Shown: positions 59,901-64,000 of the stretch, piece after piece
Layout of the letters: each line of letters begins with the position of its first letter
How positions within the stretch are numbered: the first letter of the stretch is position 1
NCBI GenBank assembly: GCA_046563655.1
Contig: CM102285.1
Coordinates: forward strand, 4,898,001 to 4,962,000
Origin: Yuukianura sp. NJ FZ-2021
Taxonomy: Eukaryota
Reading direction: 5' to 3'
DNA: 64,000 bases
Made by a program: the position numbers and the translations under genes
The notes under the pieces: generated by a model
Told to the model about the DNA's origin: nothing
The model's database searches: none
The model's input: only the letters and a program-made list of their open reading frames with translations

Positions 59901-62900
59901 CAGACAAAAGTGAAACGACAGATTGTCGGTTCACTTTTGGCGCAGACTATAGCACACCGATGGCGAAAGCTTTCGGCGGCCAAAATTCTGTCGTTCCGGA
60001 AAGTTCAAAAAGTTGAACTTTCCGGGACGAAAACATTCGGCGCCACTTTTTTGCCTATGGCACACTGCACTTTCTGATCAGAAAGTGCATTTAGTAAACA
60101 ACGTCAGCTGTTCCATCTAAATTAATTCTTATTTTGTATCATTCAAAGTGAATGATAGTTTCTATTGTTAAAAAAATAATTCCTGTTTTACTACATATGG
60201 TACCGAGTATCTAGTGTGTCATAACTTAACTTTCATTGGAATAACTCGATTAGTTGAGCCAGTTTAGCATGTGTCTTTGCCGTTTTCTAGCCAGCATTGT
60301 TACCACTATCTTGGCCTAACCCAAGGAGTAACCCCAGACGTATATAGTAACAGGGGAACAGTTCTGACAACAAAATTTGCAACTAATCATTAGTTTCATA
60401 CTGGGGAATCCTATTGACTTAAGATTATGAACTGATTCTCAAGTTCATATTTGAAAAAAAGAGAATGGCGCCATTCTGTGTTGACATATTCTGATCACTT
60501 CGAATTCCTATGGCAGACCAGCTGAAACGACAAAGTGGAGCAGAAAGTTGTCGTGCCATTAAGTCCAGTGTGCTGGGTTAAAAGAAAAAGTAGAGCAGAA
60601 AAAATGGAGCCCCTGCGCCGTCGGCTCCATTTCTTCTTCCGACACTTTTTTGGTGTGCCGGGTACAACGAACAAGTGGCGCAGAAGCCGCTGGGATTCCA
60701 TTGTTCGTTTCACTTTTTTGGTGGGCGGTAAGCTTAAGACACTATTCATCACTAATTGATGACTAAAAAAATGAAGTTAGATGGTATGTCTTACCATGCC
60801 ATGAGTTTCACTTTAATCTCGAGCGTGTACGAGGAATGTTTTTAACGCTAACCTAACCTAACCTAACGCCTACAGCTTATGTATTTTTTAAATTAAATTC
60901 AGACACAAAAAACAGCACTGGACTAGTGGGGTGCATAGACGAAATTGCTCATAATGCAATAGCTGTTTACTGGAATCCTATGGAAAGCGCGGCAAAGGTA
61001 CAGTAAAACTGTTTCCAACACAAACACTTCGTCACCTTTTTGTTGAGACAAATCTAACTAACCTATGCCTCCAATTCTACAGATCAACGTGGCGGTCCAG
61101 TGTTTGAGCACGGATTTTAGCAGTCAAAAGGGTGTTAAGGTTAGCTGGATTAATTCCTTATTAAGTTGAAACACCTGAAATTTAATGCGAGCTTTGTGTT
61201 GCTGATGTTAATTGCAGGGCCTACCTCTCCACCTCCAGATTGATACCTACGATGATCCTAGGGACCCCAACTGTCCCCTTTCACACCGAGCATACTGCCA
61301 AATCAAAGTGTTCTGTGATAAAGTAAGCCAATACTAATCCCATGCAGGTCAACGATTAAATGAACCTTGTAAGCATACACACATTTTATTTAATATTTTC
61401 TGTAACTATATTGAAGGGTGCCGAACGCAAAACTCGGGATGAAGAGCGGAGAGCGGCGAAGCGAAAACTTACCGCCAACGGACGCAAAAAAGTGGAAGAT
61501 CTCTACCATACCCCAGCAGAAAGATCCGAATTTTACACAATGTCGGATCTAACAAAACCTCCTGTCCTATTCACTCCTGCCGAAGACATTGACAAGGTAC
61601 GTAGATTTAATCGCTTCTTCCTTTTGTTTTTCGTTCATTACAATACTTTGCCTATTTTGGTCTTATAACGCTATGGAAAGCAATACAGAAACCCCTCTGT
61701 TATATTCACTTGGCTTATACAGCAAACGTTCCCCGATTGCGTCGAATAATGGCGTCATACCACCCAAAAACTCAACAATAATAATTCACAACAACTACAG
61801 TAAAGCTTCCTCCAAAACTATATGCTTTACGGTATAAAAAAAAGTTTCCCATAAGAGAGGTTCTTCTGTATAGTCACCTCGCGCTATTCCGTAGAAAAAT
61901 ATATTTCGCTTCCTGCGTGCATAAATCCAGTGATTTAATCCTGTCACCTTTAGACGTGGCGCCTCCAACCTTACGAGTTACGCTAATGTAGTATATCCGC
62001 TTCACATGTCTAGTTTCGCAATGTGTCAGTTTAATGACTCATATAAAAGCATTTGGGACAAACATTTAATATTACTCCAACAATACCTATGTACTATCAA
62101 GTTGTCATTAATTACAACTTACCATTTTTAGTTAACGTCTCTGGAACTGCACGGATTTTACAACACAAATAGTGATGGATCGGACAATTCGCTGAGGTGA
62201 GGCAATTAGAAATTAGACCAAATGCACTGCCGCACAGTGAAAGAAAGAATAGCTTCTTCACTTTCTTCCTGTACTTTCCCAATCGATCCTCTCAAATCTG
62301 CCTTTAACGTCCTGCTCTTAATTTGCACTGTATTGCAAGTGAGTATTAATCATCACTTTATAGTGCTGGCGGAGGTCAAGACGAGAGATTGCGCTTGATC
62401 AGGCAGGGTGGACACAGCGAGGAATCACCGCCAAGGAGCCCAGTCCCACATTCCCATCTCTTTTCCCACCAAGGTGGGACCGTGCTTAAGTTTCATCACA
62501 ACTTCCCGCCCGAATCTCCACCGACGTATGTACACACGAGCAGTCTCAACCTTAGCCTCCAAGGACCTTGTCACAGCAATTCCAACTCACCGCCGCTTCC
62601 AGTCGCCACACATCAGCCGGTGTCAGTCATCTCCAAGTAAGGCAGAATATCTTATGAAACCAACTTTACTTCTTCCCAGAAAACTTTACTTTCACTTTCT
62701 CCTACGAGGGTAGTCGGGTTCAGTAGACAGGATAGCACACGTGAAACTTTTACAAAAACTTCCTGTTCTTTTAATCCTGTCTTCATGCGGTGTCTGACAT
62801 ATCTGTTTGCAGTTGTATAAGCGAAATTCGAGTGTTTGGAATTGGATTTTACTGTAAAAGCAACGACAAGCATTCCTTGTTAAACATTTTTTTGGTAAAT

Positions 62901-63865
62901 GATGGAAGTGTGCGCATTCCCAGAAAATGTTTCTCTAGAAGTCTGAAATGATTCAGAAAAAATTTATTTACATTGAACTAAAAATATTCTACATTGAACA
63001 TTGACTAGCAAAGAGAACTTCAACAAACCCATTCGTTAAAAGCGATCCGGGATTAAATAGCCGGTCAAAAGTCAACGAGAGTTACACAATCATCACAATT
63101 AGCAACTTTATGCGCTAATTTTCAGAATGAAACAATTCAACTTTCACTACTATTATTCACTTCGGTAACGGTGTGTTTTTGTTACCCTTCTTTGAGTGGC
63201 GTTAAAAATTTTGAGAAGTATTTTCCGGTTGCGTTACCACTTCCATCCTCTTCTTATAGTAAAGTCACATAATTGAAAGGGACGCATGCTATTGGTTCTA
63301 AAATGCTTCTAAAGGAGCATTGGTTCTAAAAAGTTTTCAAAATACTGTTAAAGGATAGTTTTTTTTAGAACTAATTTTTAGAAACTTTTTCGTTAGAAGC
63401 AATTCATTTGAAACAATGGCATGGAACCAAACTATGTATGCATATGAACCTTTCTGCAAACGGTAGCGTTCCAATGGAACGCGTTGGAACTTCCAAACAC
63501 TTTTCCAAAGCAGTACAAAAAAGCGTCTTGCATTTCACTCAACGCTGTAAGGAAAAATGAGAAATAGATGTTGCGCATTCATGCTAACTGAAGATATGGC
63601 AGCTGATCCCGACATTTGATAACCTATGCCTTGTTCCAGTGAGAAGACAAAGGAAGTGAGTGAGTCCAACGGCAGCGCCTCCAGCACGAACGATCTGTCC
63701 AGCGACAACAGCGTCATTTTCTCCACTTCGCCTAATTCCCAGAAGCGGATGAGGCTATTCCCCCAACCCTCCCAAAGACTCATGATTTACGTTCGAGAGG
63801 AGGGGGAGGACGTCTTTACCCCCCTTCATCTCGTCCCTCCCACTCGAGAAGCGCTTCTTAAGGCA
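53973..63865 (+). CDS. grh: Grainyhead transcription factor (3' end beyond window)
   Basis: Exons ~53973-54286, 57634-58390, 58537-58706, 58781-58943, ~59547-59658, ~60903-60997, 61083-61139, 61218-61322, 61417-61596, ~62132-62196, ~62363-62636 and ~63639-63865. Motifs: [102 protein letters not shown]. The start codon is tentative. Confidence 0.97.
56730..56875 (+). repeat. Short degenerate ~34-bp tandem repeat in a grh intron
   Basis: CTCTCAAACGCTACTTGTTTCTCCGAAAATGAGG-like unit, 3-4 copies. Confidence 0.65.
59698..60743. mobile_element. Degenerate TIR element in a grh intron
   Basis: Left AGTGCTTCTAAAGGTTACCGCACACC resembles the reverse complement of GGTGGGCGGTAAGCTTAAGACACT. GC-richer arms mirror each other (CTACTTTTT..TCCACTTTG / CAAAGTGGA..AAAAGTAG). 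Perfect 24-bp palindrome at 60066-60089. Confidence 0.55.
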
Positions 63866-64000
63866 GTACGTTCATTTCATCAATTCCCGCTTTCTTACGC
63901 ATAATGCTTTCCAGTCCCACCGTAGTCCACGGAAGAGTCAAGTACATTTAGAGCCTGTATTGTATGCGGTGTGTATCCTGATTTTACTCACCGTTTCTTG

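Overview
Eukaryotic, arthropod-like DNA with short GT-AG introns. The style resembles springtail (Collembola) genomes, but the species cannot be fixed from sequence alone. (1) About 1-15.5 kb is a decayed mobile or virus-like zone. It holds a pseudogenised intronless envelope/fusion-type glycoprotein gene, a palindrome-rich inverted-repeat block, two small orphan spliced genes and a five-exon minimal RecQ-type helicase with one premature stop. Head-to-head with the helicase lies a second, intron-containing homologue of the fusion gene (signal peptide, REKR furin site, hydrophobic fusion peptide), split by a LOA-type LINE and cut off where it meets a convergent CxxC-CxxC ORF. (2) About 16-30 kb carries host genes: a ZAD-like/C2H2 zinc-finger gene, a BED-finger exon, a short RPC5/POLR3E and the Rieske Fe-S subunit, with several foldback/MITE insertions. 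(3) About 30.5-42.8 kb is a 141-bp satellite containing a full-length CR1/L2-group LINE and a nested 214-bp satellite. (4) About 43-64 kb has a Helentron-type HINE, MITEs and most of the grainyhead gene. The best candidate for a new system is the helicase plus fusogen cassette, possibly an AcademH-like DNA transposon or endogenous virus carrying an envelope gene. Its termini and transposase were not found, so this remains an inference.
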